A DNA stretch of 64,000 nucleotides. It comes from Phycisphaerales bacterium. Lineage in GTDB: Bacteria; Planctomycetota; Phycisphaerae; Phycisphaerales; UBA1924. Positions within the stretch are counted from its first letter, which is position 1; the number at the start of each line of letters is the position of its first letter. The notes beneath the pieces are model-generated. The model did no database searches, was not told the DNA's origin, and worked only from the letters and a program-made list of their open reading frames with translations. The stretch spans positions 1,536,001 to 1,600,000 of the forward strand of contig OZ245777.1 in the NCBI GenBank assembly GCA_965227775.1. Direction: 5' to 3'. Both the position numbers and the translations under genes were made by a program. Positions 1-10,082 of the stretch are shown here, piece by piece.

Positions 1-80
1 ACGCCGAAGGCCATGCTGATGTCGGCGATCACCGCGGCGGCGAAGGTGATGAGCAGGAGGTGGAGGAGGTCGGGGTCCAT
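1..80 (-). CDS. N-terminal fragment of a membrane protein running off the window edge (possibly ZIP-family metal transporter)
   Basis: ATG at 80; reads MDPDLLHLLLITFAAAVIADISMAFG, a hydrophobic first helix; divergent from the aminotransferase. Confidence 0.4.
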   Translation of the reverse strand, partial: MDPDLLHLLLITFAAAVIADISMAFG

Positions 81-226
81 GGCATGCAAAACCGCACAAA
101 ACTAGCGAGGCGAGGCTGGTGAAGGACTTTGGACGGGGGTGAATGAGGCCGATACATCTCCTATTGCGCTCTCAGCGCGGCCCCTATCCTCTATCGGCCG
201 GAGAGCCGTTATCCAGGGAGACCCGA

Positions 227-1699
227 ATGACCCGCCTCGATTCGCAGCCTTCGACGACTTCTACGCCCGCCCTCGCCCCCGGCCTGGCTGGCCATGCCCT
301 GGCCACCGACCCCGCGATCGAGGGTGCCATCGACACCATCGTGCAGCGCGTCGGCGAGCACAGCGGGGCCATCAACGATGTCCGCCCCGCCCAGGGCGAG
401 GCCGCCGCCAGCTTCGACGAGATGGTCGCACGGGCCGAGGCCATGAAGGGCCGCCCGCTGCTGTACAAGTACATCGGAAGCGGCATCGGCAACGGCGCTC
501 TGGTTGAGCTGGCCGATGGCAGCGTCAAGTGGGACATGATCATCGGCATCGGCGTCCACTTCTTCGGGCACAGCCATCCCGAGCTCGTGCGTGCCCAGGC
601 GCGGGCGTCGATCGAGGACGTCGCCAAGAGCGGCAATCTCATGACCAACTTCGAAGCGTACCGCTTCGGCGAGAAGCTGCTGGAGCTTGCCAAGCGCAAC
701 AGCCGTCTCAGTGAGGCGTTCATCACGACTAGCGGCGCCATGGCTAACGAAAGCGCGCTCAAGGTCTGCTACCAGAAGAACTACCCCGCCGGCCGCGTGC
801 TGGCCTTCAAGCACTGCTTCATGGGACGGTCGGTGACGATGGCCCAGATCGGCGACTCGCACGCCGGGCGCGACGGCATCCCACTGACGACGCAGGTCGA
901 CTACATGCCCTTCTGGAACGAGAAGGCGGCCGAGGAGGTCGGCGGCACCACGCGCTTCATCGACCACTGCGTATGGCGCCTCAACCAATTCATCGAGCGA
1001 TACCCCAAGCAGCACGCGTGCTTCATCTTCGAGCTGGTCCAGGGCGAAGGTGGGTTCAACACCGCGCCGCGCGAGTTCTTCACGGCCCTCATGGACGTGT
1101 GCCGTGACAAGGGCATCGCCATCTGGGACGACGAGATCCAGAGCTTCGGCCGCACCCGCGAGATGTTCGCCTACGAGACGATGGACCTGGGCGACTACGT
1201 TGACGTCTTCTGCGTCGGCAAGATGACCCAGGCCTGCGCCACGCTGTGGACCGACGAGTACAAGCCCCGCCCGGGCCTCTTGAGCGGCACCTTTACCGGC
1301 AGCGCCACCGACTTCTCCGTCGGCACGCGCATGCTCGAGATGCTGGATGAGGGTGATTTTTACGGGGAGAACGGCCTCATCGCCAAGCACCACAAGGCGT
1401 TTCGCGAGCAGGTCGAAGCACTCATCGCCAAGCACCCCGACTGGTTCCCGCCCGCGCTCTTCTGCAAGGATCTGGTCGCCGGCGAGGGTGGCATGATGCG
1501 CTTCACACCCTTCGGCGGCGACAAGGCCAAGGTCGCCGCGGCCTGCAAGGCCTGCTTCGAAGAAGGCGTCATCCTCTTCTGGTGCGGCCACGGCCCGTAC
1601 CACGTGCGAATGCTGCCGCCGCTTGGCGTCATGAAGCTCGAGGACTGGCCGCGCGTGTTCGAGGTGGTGGAGCGGGCGTTGGCGAAGGTGGCCGGATAA
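227..1699 (+). CDS. Class III PLP aminotransferase (succinylornithine/lysine-epsilon aminotransferase-like)
   Basis: FELVQGEGG, WDDEIQSFGRT and GKM (PLP lysine) motifs; first gene of the ast operon; ATG 227 follows GGGAG. Confidence 0.85.
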   Translation: MTRLDSQPSTTSTPALAPGLAGHALATDPAIEGAIDTIVQRVGEHSGAINDVRPAQGEAAASFDEMVARAEAMKGRPLLYKYIGSGIGNGALVELADGSVKWDMIIGIGVHFFGHSHPELVRAQARASIEDVAKSGNLMTNFEAYRFGEKLLELAKRNSRLSEAFITTSGAMANESALKVCYQKNYPAGRVLAFKHCFMGRSVTMAQIGDSHAGRDGIPLTTQVDYMPFWNEKAAEEVGGTTRFIDHCVWRLNQFIERYPKQHACFIFELVQGEGGFNTAPREFFTALMDVCRDKGIAIWDDEIQSFGRTREMFAYETMDLGDYVDVFCVGKMTQACATLWTDEYKPRPGLLSGTFTGSATDFSVGTRMLEMLDEGDFYGENGLIAKHHKAFREQVEALIAKHPDWFPPALFCKDLVAGEGGMMRFTPFGGDKAKVAAACKACFEEGVILFWCGHGPYHVRMLPPLGVMKLEDWPRVFEVVERALAKVAG

Positions 1700-1702
1700 T
1701 CC

Positions 1703-2902
1703 ATGCACGTCATCCGCCGCGCCAAGATCGAAGACGCCGACACGCTGCTGAAGCTGGCCAAGATGGTCCACTTCATCAACCTTCCGCCCGATCGCGACAT
1801 CATCATGGAGAAGATCCTCCGTAGCCGCGAGTGCTTCAGGCACGTTGCGCGAGGCGAGCCGCTCGAGGACGATCCAAAGACGCTCCGCCGCAACCGCGGG
1901 AGCAGCGGCGCGGGCACCGGCCTGCAGCAGAGCCTCAGCGAGAGCGAGCTGTTCGTCTTCGTGCTCGAAGACACCGAGACCGGATCGCTGGTCGGCTCGA
2001 GCCAGCTCGTCAGCTCGATGGGTGGCCCCGGCAACCCCAACGTCGGGTTCAAGATCAGCGAGCGGCGGTTCTTCAGCGAGAGCCTGCACACGGGCATGAC
2101 CCACACCGTCGCCACGCTGCACCTGGACGAGAGCAGCCCCACCGAGATCGGCGGACTGATCGTGCAGCCGGCCTACCGGGCCCACAAGGCCAAGCTCGGG
2201 CGCCTGCTGAGCTTCGTGCGCTTCCACTTCATGGGCGTGTACCGCGACAACTTCGCCGACCACGTGCTGGCCGAGATGATGGCGCCCATCAGCGACGCGG
2301 GCGAGAATCTGTTCTGGGACGCACTGGGCCGGCGATTCATCAACCTGAGCTATGACGAGGCCGACCGCTTCTGCCAGTACAGCCGCGAGTTCATGTTCAG
2401 CCTGCTGCCGCGCGAAGACATCTACCTGAGCTTGCTGCCGCCCAAGGCCCGCCAAGGCGTGGGCCAGGTGGGCAAGGACACGATCCCCGCGCGCAAGATG
2501 CTCGAGAAGCTCGGCTTTGCCTACCAGGGCGTCATCGATCCGTTCGATGGCGGCCCGCACCTGCAGGCCAAGACCGACGACATCCCGCTCGTTCGCGCGA
2601 CCGAGAAGATCAAGCTTGGCAAAGCCGCATCGCCGTCGAGTTGCAAGGGCCTGGCGATCGTCAGCACGCTCGATAGCGAAGGCGAGTACGTCGCGATCCA
2701 ATCGGCCTTCGCGCGAAAGAACGGCTCGCTCTGCTTGCCCAAGGATGCGATGGACGCCTTGCACGCCGACGAGGGCGACGAGGTCGCGTGCACCGTCATC
2801 AACCCGATGCCCTCGCTCGACGGGCCGGCCGAGCCAGCCACAAAGCGCAGCAACCACAAGAAGAAGACCACCAAGACGCCACGGAGGAAGAAGACCGGAT
2901 GA
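1703..2902 (+). CDS. astA: Arginine N-succinyltransferase
   Basis: INLP, TEIGGL, GRLLS..RF, LAEM, FWDALGRRF and IDPFDGGP motifs typical of AstA. Confidence 0.9.
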   Translation: MHVIRRAKIEDADTLLKLAKMVHFINLPPDRDIIMEKILRSRECFRHVARGEPLEDDPKTLRRNRGSSGAGTGLQQSLSESELFVFVLEDTETGSLVGSSQLVSSMGGPGNPNVGFKISERRFFSESLHTGMTHTVATLHLDESSPTEIGGLIVQPAYRAHKAKLGRLLSFVRFHFMGVYRDNFADHVLAEMMAPISDAGENLFWDALGRRFINLSYDEADRFCQYSREFMFSLLPREDIYLSLLPPKARQGVGQVGKDTIPARKMLEKLGFAYQGVIDPFDGGPHLQAKTDDIPLVRATEKIKLGKAASPSSCKGLAIVSTLDSEGEYVAIQSAFARKNGSLCLPKDAMDALHADEGDEVACTVINPMPSLDGPAEPATKRSNHKKKTTKTPRRKKTG

Positions 2903-4455
2903 CCGCGACCGCCCCAGCAGCCCCGTCGAACCCGCCCAGCAATCTCATCGGTGGAGCCTACCACGCTATCGAGGGCAACGCCCTCGTCTCGTACGACCCG
3001 GCCCAGCGCGGCCGGGTCGTGTGGTCGGGCGCACCCTCGGTCGAGCACGTCGACCAGGCCGTCGCCGCCGCGCGCGACGCTGTGCGTACCTGGAGCCGGT
3101 GGGACATCGAGAAGCGCGCCAGCGTTCTGCTGCGCTACAAGGCGTTGGTCCAGGAGCGGGCGGACGACATCGCCGACCTCATCGCGCAAGAGACCGGCAA
3201 GGCCATGTGGGACTGCAAGGGCGAGGCTTCGGCGCTTGCCGGCAAGGTCGACATCACGCTCGAGCAGGGCGCCCATGCGGGCCGGCAGCGCGTCGCGGGC
3301 TTCTCGCTGGAACTCGGGGCGAAGAAGGAAGGCCGCTGCTGGTTCCGCCCCCACGGTGTGATGGCGGTTGTTGGGCCATTCAACTTCCCGGCCCACCTGC
3401 CCAACGGGCACATCGTGCCCGCGCTGCTGATGGGCAACACGGTGGTGCTCAAGCCCAGCGACAAGGTGCCGGCGGTGGGGCAGCTCATCATCGAGCTCTT
3501 CCAGCAGGCGCTCGACGAGAGTGGTGCGCCCAAGGGCGTCGTGAACCTCGTGCAGGGCAAGGCCGACGTCGCGCAGAAGCTCGTCAACCACGACGGCGTC
3601 GACGGCATCCTCTTCACCGGATCGTGGCCCGTCGGTCGCAAGATCCTCGAGAGCAACCTCGACTCGCCGGGCCGCATCGTCGCGCTCGAGATGGGCGGAA
3701 ACAACGGCGTGCTCGTCATGCCCGACGCCGACCTGAAGCAAGCCGCCATCGAGATTGCGCGCGGCGCATTCGTGACGACCGGCCAGCGTTGCACATGCGG
3801 CCGGCGCCTCATCGTTCATGAGCAGGTCGCCGACACGCTCATCCCCGCGATCCTCAAGGCCGCGGCAGCGATGGTCATTGGCCCGCCGCGCAGCGAAGCG
3901 CCCGTGTTCATGGGCCCGATCATCGACGATCACGCTCGGGATGCCGTGCTCGACTTCCAGACACGCGCTGCCAACAACGGCGGCGAGATCCTCATGCAGG
4001 CCACCAAGCCTGCCTCGCTCGAGGATGGCTCGTACGTCAGCCCGGGCGTGATCCGCGTCGACAAGTTTACCGCGGGCGATGGCGATGACGCCGGCTGCGA
4101 TGTCGAGGTGTTTGGTCCGATGCTGCGCATCACCACGGTCGGTTCCTACGAAGAAGGAATCGAGCAGGTCAACGCGACCCGTTACGGCCTGGCCGCCAGC
4201 ATCTTCACGCACGATGAAGACACCATCGCCGACTTCATGTCTGACGCCCGAGCGGGCTGCGTTAACCTCAATTGCGCAACCGCTGGAGCCAGCAGCAAGC
4301 TGCCCTTCGGCGGCCTGGGCACCAGCGGCAACCACCGCCCCGCCGGCGCGTTCGCGCTCGATTACTGCGCGTACCCCGTTGCCGGCATGCTGGAGCGCGG
4401 CGATGCCGCGGTCGTCGCGCCGGGGATGGCCTTCGACGATTCGTGGCTGGGTTGA
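2899..4455 (+). CDS. astD: Succinylglutamate-semialdehyde dehydrogenase
   Basis: GPFNFPAHLPNGHIVPALL, FTGS, ALEMGGNN, GQRCTC and SGNHRPAG motifs; 4-bp overlap with astA. Confidence 0.9.
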   Translation: MTATAPAAPSNPPSNLIGGAYHAIEGNALVSYDPAQRGRVVWSGAPSVEHVDQAVAAARDAVRTWSRWDIEKRASVLLRYKALVQERADDIADLIAQETGKAMWDCKGEASALAGKVDITLEQGAHAGRQRVAGFSLELGAKKEGRCWFRPHGVMAVVGPFNFPAHLPNGHIVPALLMGNTVVLKPSDKVPAVGQLIIELFQQALDESGAPKGVVNLVQGKADVAQKLVNHDGVDGILFTGSWPVGRKILESNLDSPGRIVALEMGGNNGVLVMPDADLKQAAIEIARGAFVTTGQRCTCGRRLIVHEQVADTLIPAILKAAAAMVIGPPRSEAPVFMGPIIDDHARDAVLDFQTRAANNGGEILMQATKPASLEDGSYVSPGVIRVDKFTAGDGDDAGCDVEVFGPMLRITTVGSYEEGIEQVNATRYGLAASIFTHDEDTIADFMSDARAGCVNLNCATAGASSKLPFGGLGTSGNHRPAGAFALDYCAYPVAGMLERGDAAVVAPGMAFDDSWLG

Positions 4456-5976
4456 TCAGCAGCCCGCGTCGAATAGGTTCTGGAACGCCAGGAAATCGAA
4501 GACCGTGAGGGCCCCGTCGCCGTCGAGGTCGGCGGTCCGGTCGCCCGCGTCAAATAGATTCTGGAACGCCAGGAAGTCGAACACCGTTAGCGCGCCGTCG
4601 CTATTGAGGTCGGCCAGGCACGCGACCACCTCGCCGCCGATGCGTACCAGCCGCGTTGGCTCGTCGGGTGCATTGCTCTCGATGCACACGGTGGCGCTGA
4701 AGGGCCCTACGGCCGATGTATCGACCGTGATCTCATGGGTGTTGCCTTCTCCGCCGGCGTCGTCCCGAAACGCACCCGTCGGCACGCCGATCGGGCCATC
4801 GCCCACGAGCGAATACCGCAGTGGCTGGATGCCGCCGGGCGGCGCAGCGATCGAGTCGTCTCGTTGCCAGAGCGCAACATCACCAGCGTTCGAGACCACG
4901 AGCTGCAATTCGATGGGCGAGCCAACCTTGATGCGCCCAAGATCCAGCACCGGCTCGCTCGCTACACGGGCGGGCAGAAGCAAGTCGCAAAACACCGGCA
5001 AGTGCCCGCTTAGCCCGTTCGTCGAGTCGTAGAGCGCCTGCGCGATCGCTTGGCCAACCATGCGATTGCCCCGGCGGCGGATGGGCGTGTCGAAGCTAGT
5101 TCCGTCGTTTCCCCAGCTCCGATAGCTGTGGTTCGGGTCGTCGAACGTCGTCGTGCTGAACGGCGTGGTCCAGTCGCCCAGATACTCGAGTCCCTCGCCG
5201 TCGAGCAGGTCGTCGCTCATCAGGATCTGGTCCAGCCGATCATCCATCTGTGTGAACGGATCCTGGCTGTGCACGAACACAAACGCGGGGTTGTTCACCC
5301 ATTCGCCAGGCGTGGTGATTGGGTCGTACACGCGGCCGCTATCGATGCGCAGGTCTTCGGTCAGCCGAACGTACGCGGGCTCGGTCGAACGCTTGACGTT
5401 GAGATCGCCGCCGAGCAGAAAGTGCGTGCCCTCGGGCAGCCTCTCGGCGTCGGCCCGAAAGATGATGGCCTCTTCGAGCCGCCGCAGTTCGTCCCCCGGC
5501 TCGCTGCCGGCCTTCATGTGCGTGTTGTACACGACCAGTTGCGCCTCGGATGAGGCGTAACCCGCCAACGTCAGCGTGTAGCGGGTCAGGTTGCGCGGGT
5601 GCGCCGGGGCTGGCCGCCCCGGCGAAACGAGCACGGCATCAACGCTCACAACCTTGCTCGATCGATAGAACACCGCGGTGTCGAGCACCCCCGGCCCATC
5701 GAACACGGGCGCGAGCCGCCAGTCCTGCCCGCCGCGTGGGTCGCCGTTCAGGACGCCCAGGAAGTGATCGGTCGATGTGGCATCGATCTCCTGGATGAGC
5801 AGCACGTCGGGCCGGAAGCTCCGACCCTCGAACGACTCAAAGATCGCGGTCTGGAAGACCGAGTCGAGGTCCGGATCGCCGTCGTAGAACGTCACATTCC
5901 AGATGCCCACGCGGAACTGCGCATGAGCAAGCGTCGTGGCCGCGAGGAGTGCGCTGACGGCGGTCGATCTGAACAT
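4456..5976 (-). CDS. Secreted endonuclease/exonuclease/phosphatase-family protein with Ig-like segment and GC-type dockerin C-terminus
   Basis: Signal peptide (...LAHAQ); WNV, IQE, THMKA, GGDLN, DQIL motifs; C-terminal duplicated ADLxxDGALTVFDFLAFQNLFDAG ending in GC. Confidence 0.85.
   Translation of the reverse strand: MFRSTAVSALLAATTLAHAQFRVGIWNVTFYDGDPDLDSVFQTAIFESFEGRSFRPDVLLIQEIDATSTDHFLGVLNGDPRGGQDWRLAPVFDGPGVLDTAVFYRSSKVVSVDAVLVSPGRPAPAHPRNLTRYTLTLAGYASSEAQLVVYNTHMKAGSEPGDELRRLEEAIIFRADAERLPEGTHFLLGGDLNVKRSTEPAYVRLTEDLRIDSGRVYDPITTPGEWVNNPAFVFVHSQDPFTQMDDRLDQILMSDDLLDGEGLEYLGDWTTPFSTTTFDDPNHSYRSWGNDGTSFDTPIRRRGNRMVGQAIAQALYDSTNGLSGHLPVFCDLLLPARVASEPVLDLGRIKVGSPIELQLVVSNAGDVALWQRDDSIAAPPGGIQPLRYSLVGDGPIGVPTGAFRDDAGGEGNTHEITVDTSAVGPFSATVCIESNAPDEPTRLVRIGGEVVACLADLNSDGALTVFDFLAFQNLFDAGDRTADLDGDGALTVFDFLAFQNLFDAGC
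4462..4614. repeat. Two-copy intragenic direct repeat (81-bp period) encoding the dockerin/EF-hand-like repeats
   Basis: Units start at 4462 and 4543; differences are mostly synonymous. Confidence 0.85.
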
Positions 5977-6025
5977 TTCCGAGCATATCGGAAGCACCGA
6001 TTGGCTGCGACGCCTTCGCGAAGTC

Positions 6026-7192
6026 TTAAAAGTCGCGCCGCTTGAACATGAACGCCGCCAGCCCAAGCACGATGGCCTCGAACAGGAGGCTCGTGCCGAG
6101 GATCCACCACAGCGGGCGGTTGCCCAGCTCGTCGGAGGTTGCCTGCTGGCCCTCCTCCCGGGCCCGAACTTCATCATCTTCCGAAGGTGCTCCAGCAATC
6201 TCCTGGAGCGCCTCGCGATCGACCGTCCACCGCTCGAGCAGGTTGATCGTCTCCTGCGTCTTGGGCAGCAGTGTCTTCACCGCGTAGATGCCCTGGCGCC
6301 ATGTGTTGGCAACCTTCTCGCCCGATCGCAGCTCTTCGAGCTCGATCTTGTTTGTCGGGAGCCGGACGTCCTTGGCTTCGAGTTCCTCGGCGGTTGGTGG
6401 CGGATCGAGCGCCTCGAGTGGCTCAAGATCCTGCTCGGCCCGTTCGGCGTTGCGCTCCTCAAGCAGTGCTAGATTCGCGTTCCGCTCCATTCGTTCAACA
6501 CGGGCGACTTGCACGCGTTCCCTGGCCTTGAGGTCCTCGTGGATGCTCACGGCGATGCCATCACCCATGTTCACAATGAAGATGACCATCCAGATCAGCA
6601 TCGTCAGCAGCAACGCCGCGATCGTCGATCGTGTGAGGAGCCCAAGCAGCACGCAGATCGCAAACAGGTAGCTGAACATCAGTACCACGACCGGCACTGC
6701 CAGGAAAACTTCAAACGCCCACGAGCCACCACGAATGCCGATGACAAGGAAGGCAAGCAGGCTAAACACGCCAACCTGTAGTGTCATGAACAGCAGCCCA
6801 CCAGCGAACTTGGTGAGCAACAGCCGCACGCGGCCGATGGGCCGGCTCAGCACGGCCTCGATCGTGCCGCTCTGGATGAGGTCCGGGATCATGCCGGCCG
6901 TCGAGATCAGGCCCAGGATGACCGCCACCCAGCTTAACCAGAAGGGGACCGCCAGGCTCGCAAACATGGTGCGATAGAGCAGCCCGGGAGGCAGGGTCTC
7001 GCTCGTCAGCGGCACACCAAACGCGTCGGCGGGCATCTGGAACCACAGGAACGTGAGCCCCTTCTCGTTGATGCCAACCATCGCGAAGGCGGCGACGACG
7101 AGCACACTCAGGACCATCGTGATCCAGAACAGTTTCTTTGCGCACAACTCGCGATACGCATCGACCAGCAGCGCCAGAGTCTGGGTCGTCAT
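6026..7192 (-). CDS. ABC-2 type transporter permease
   Basis: Multiple TM helices, GTIEAVLSRPIGR..LLLTKF, C-terminal FKRRDF; overlaps the ATPase gene. Confidence 0.85.
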   Translation of the reverse strand: MTTQTLALLVDAYRELCAKKLFWITMVLSVLVVAAFAMVGINEKGLTFLWFQMPADAFGVPLTSETLPPGLLYRTMFASLAVPFWLSWVAVILGLISTAGMIPDLIQSGTIEAVLSRPIGRVRLLLTKFAGGLLFMTLQVGVFSLLAFLVIGIRGGSWAFEVFLAVPVVVLMFSYLFAICVLLGLLTRSTIAALLLTMLIWMVIFIVNMGDGIAVSIHEDLKARERVQVARVERMERNANLALLEERNAERAEQDLEPLEALDPPPTAEELEAKDVRLPTNKIELEELRSGEKVANTWRQGIYAVKTLLPKTQETINLLERWTVDREALQEIAGAPSEDDEVRAREEGQQATSDELGNRPLWWILGTSLLFEAIVLGLAAFMFKRRDF

Positions 7193-8271
7193 GACGCACT
7201 CCCTCCCTTGGACTGCCGGGCGGCGCCCGGGCTGTCGTCGTCGGCCACCGCCTGCATGAACAGGTCTTCGAGTGAAGGCCGGTGCGTGCGCACTTCCTTG
7301 ATGACCCCGCCCTTGGCCCTGATGGCGTCGAGCACTGGTTGGATGGCTTTCGCATCGGTCGTACCGATCCAGAGGCGATTGCCGTTCACTTCGATGCTCT
7401 CGCCCGTCGCCAGTTCGCCGACCATGCCGACGCGTTTGGCCAGGCCGTCTGCCGTTGGCGGCGCGAGTCCCTTGGTCGGGGGTGGCAGCGTGCTCTCTCC
7501 CTTGCCGAGCGCTTCGGGCAACGCGCGACCGAAGAGCGTGCCGGCGGCCTCGCGTTCGCCTTCTACCTCGATCTCGTATCGGAGCATGCCGTCGGTCAGC
7601 GCGTCGATCGAGCCCATCGACACAACCTGGCCCTTGTGCATGATGGCGACCGTGTCGCACACCATCTCAAGCTCGCCAAGCAAGTGGCTGTTGATGAAGA
7701 CAGTGCGCCCCTCGTCACGCATCTGCTGCAGTACCAGACGGATGTCGCGGCGGCCAACCGGGTCGACGCCGTCGGTCGGCTCATCGAGGATGACCAGGTC
7801 CGGGTCGGCCACGAGCGCCTGGGCGATACCGATGCGCTGCCGCATGCCCTTCGAGTAGCCGCCAACTTTCTTGTTGTGCCAATCTTCCATGCGTACGAGT
7901 TCGAGCAACTCGCCCGCCCGCCGCTTGCGGTCCGCGCGGTTCATCTTTGTCATCGCACCGAAAAACTCGATGACCTGCCGCCCGGTCAGGTGCTTGGGCA
8001 GGTTGTGGTGCTCGGGCAGATAGCCCACGCGTGACAGCACGTCCTTATTGCCAATGGGCTTTCCCAGCAGCGAGCCGCCGCCGCCCGTTCGCTTGACGGC
8101 GGTAATCAGGATCTTGACCAGCGTGCTCTTGCCCGCGCCGTTCGGCCCCAAGAGCCCGAAGATCGAGCCCCGCGGCACCTCCATCGTGACGCCACGGAGC
8201 GCATGGACCTTTCGACCCAGCCCGCCGTACTTCTTGTGGATGTCTTGGATAGCGACGACGGCTTCGCTCAT
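7189..8271 (-). CDS. ABC transporter ATP-binding protein
   Basis: Walker A GPNGAGKST, signature YSKGMRQR, Walker B ILDEP, C-terminal SLEDLF. Confidence 0.95.
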   Translation of the reverse strand: MSEAVVAIQDIHKKYGGLGRKVHALRGVTMEVPRGSIFGLLGPNGAGKSTLVKILITAVKRTGGGGSLLGKPIGNKDVLSRVGYLPEHHNLPKHLTGRQVIEFFGAMTKMNRADRKRRAGELLELVRMEDWHNKKVGGYSKGMRQRIGIAQALVADPDLVILDEPTDGVDPVGRRDIRLVLQQMRDEGRTVFINSHLLGELEMVCDTVAIMHKGQVVSMGSIDALTDGMLRYEIEVEGEREAAGTLFGRALPEALGKGESTLPPPTKGLAPPTADGLAKRVGMVGELATGESIEVNGNRLWIGTTDAKAIQPVLDAIRAKGGVIKEVRTHRPSLEDLFMQAVADDDSPGAARQSKGGSAS

Positions 8272-8441
8272 TGCATGCTCCTCGCCAGATCTCATTGGGG
8301 ATCGCCCGGCTCGCATTCCAAGAGTTCCCGGCGCCGCCCAAGCCAGTCGATCCTGAGCGAGCCGTTGAGTTGGCCCATCAGGGTATGGCCGCGCGCAAGA
8401 CGGGCCAGCGGCGTGCGACTGGAAGGCAGAGGAGCCCAACG

Positions 8442-10082
8442 ATGTTCAAGATGTCTGGTCATTCCGAAGCCACCCTAGCCGGCGTCGACGACGCCGCAGC
8501 GCTGCGTTGCTATTTCCGCACCGGTGATCCGCGGGCATTCGAGGTGCTCAGCCGCCGTTACCACGCCATGGTATTGGCGACCTGCCGCCGAACCCTCGCG
8601 AGCGATGCCGATGCCGAAGATGCGGCCCAGGAGACGTTCCTGAGGCTCGCCAGGAGCGGCCACCGAATCCGGAGCAATATTGCTGCTTGGCTGCACGCGT
8701 GCGCCATGGGTGCTTCGATTGATCTGATCCGCCGGTCGAGCGCCCGAGCCCGAGCCGAGAGTGCCGCGGCGAGCCATCGGGAGCGGCTGGCGATAGAAGA
8801 GCCCACCCAGCACCTCTGGTCGGAGCTGGAGCCCTTGATCGATCAGGCTCTTGCCGAGCTCGCCGAAGAAGACCGCCAGCTCATCGTGGCGCGATACCTC
8901 GCCGGCCGGCCTCAGGTCGAGCTCGCGCGGGAGATGGGCCTGAGCGAAGGTGCGGTCTCACGGCGGCTCTCGAAGGCGCTCGATCGATTGCGCGGCCGAC
9001 TTGGCAAGAGCGGGCTGGTCGTCGCTGGCGGAGCAACTCTTGCCGCAGCGCTCCAGCATGCGACGAAGGGGCTCGCGATCGATGCGGTGTCCGCCCATGT
9101 GAGCAAGGTCGCGATCGCTGGCATCGGTGTGCATCAGACAAAAGCCACCGCATTCGTTACCACCGCCGCCCTGACCGTGGCCGCCGGTGCCGCGGCCACA
9201 TTCGGATCGCTGCTGCTGACACCCAATGGCGGCTCAGGCCAGATGGGCAGCAACACTCCCGTGCCAGCCTTGGCAGGCTCGATTTCTACTACGGCTCCGG
9301 GCCCAGCGCGGCCAAGAGGGCGGCTTGGGCAGTTCCAGATGATCTCGGCTTACGACGAGGACTTCAACGCCAGCGGCACCTTTATCACCGACAACGGCAT
9401 CGCGATCCGTCGGGGCATCGAACCCGAGAGCGGCAAGCCGCGACGCATCCGGCTTGACATCAGCAGATCACGCCCTGTTGAAGACGATCCAAACACGAGC
9501 CTGCGGGAAGTTGCCGAGCTCGACGTGCGTACCTCGCGAGTGTTGCCAGAAAGCGACGAGTGGGCCAGGTTCCGCCGCGGGCAGAACCTCACGCTCCTCG
9601 TCGGCTTCGACCAATTCGATCGCATCGTCTTGCGTGAGAAGGACGACCTCGTCCAGATCGGTAAGAACGAATTCGCCTGGTACGGCGTACGACCGCCTCC
9701 CGGCTGGGACCAACGCGATGAGATCCCAGAAGATTCGGGACCGCTCGGCATCCTCGGCCCGTGGACCGAGTCGGAGCGCATTGTCGTCAGGATTTCGGGC
9801 GATGAGATCCGCTTCGGTCCCGACAGCTGGAACGCCGGCCGATACCGGGTCATCGAGTGGACGCAAATGGACGGCTACTCGCGAGTCCTGAGCATCCAGG
9901 CCGGCGGTCGAGATCCGCGCCTCATCGGCACACGCTTCAAGCTGCTGATCCGTGAGGTCGAGGGTGGCTACCAGATCGCATACTACCCGCCATCGACCGG
10001 CAGAAGTGATCGCTGGCCCAGGTCGTTCGACCACACGCTCGACAATCCGATCCGCTTGGTGAAGCTTGGAAGTGGTGGCTAA
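8442..10082 (+). CDS. ECF sigma-70 factor with long C-terminal extension (TM segment plus putative periplasmic domain)
   Basis: Region 2 AEDAAQETFL...AWL, region 4 ELAREMGLSEGAVSRRL; then a hydrophobic stretch and ~270 aa domain; GGAG RBS before ATG 8442. Confidence 0.85.
   Translation: MFKMSGHSEATLAGVDDAAALRCYFRTGDPRAFEVLSRRYHAMVLATCRRTLASDADAEDAAQETFLRLARSGHRIRSNIAAWLHACAMGASIDLIRRSSARARAESAAASHRERLAIEEPTQHLWSELEPLIDQALAELAEEDRQLIVARYLAGRPQVELAREMGLSEGAVSRRLSKALDRLRGRLGKSGLVVAGGATLAAALQHATKGLAIDAVSAHVSKVAIAGIGVHQTKATAFVTTAALTVAAGAAATFGSLLLTPNGGSGQMGSNTPVPALAGSISTTAPGPARPRGRLGQFQMISAYDEDFNASGTFITDNGIAIRRGIEPESGKPRRIRLDISRSRPVEDDPNTSLREVAELDVRTSRVLPESDEWARFRRGQNLTLLVGFDQFDRIVLREKDDLVQIGKNEFAWYGVRPPPGWDQRDEIPEDSGPLGILGPWTESERIVVRISGDEIRFGPDSWNAGRYRVIEWTQMDGYSRVLSIQAGGRDPRLIGTRFKLLIREVEGGYQIAYYPPSTGRSDRWPRSFDHTLDNPIRLVKLGSGG

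Noticed and set aside
209..2857. 882-aa minus-strand ORF and many similar long antisense ORFs (e.g. 2521-4335, 39566-40789, 62277-63359)
   Set aside because: Shadow ORFs opposite well-supported genes, expected from high GC3 codon bias; no recognisable motifs
4462..4614. Direct repeats as a possible CRISPR or mobile-element end
   Set aside because: Only two copies, in-frame 81-bp period with synonymous differences; they encode dockerin repeats and no cas genes are present
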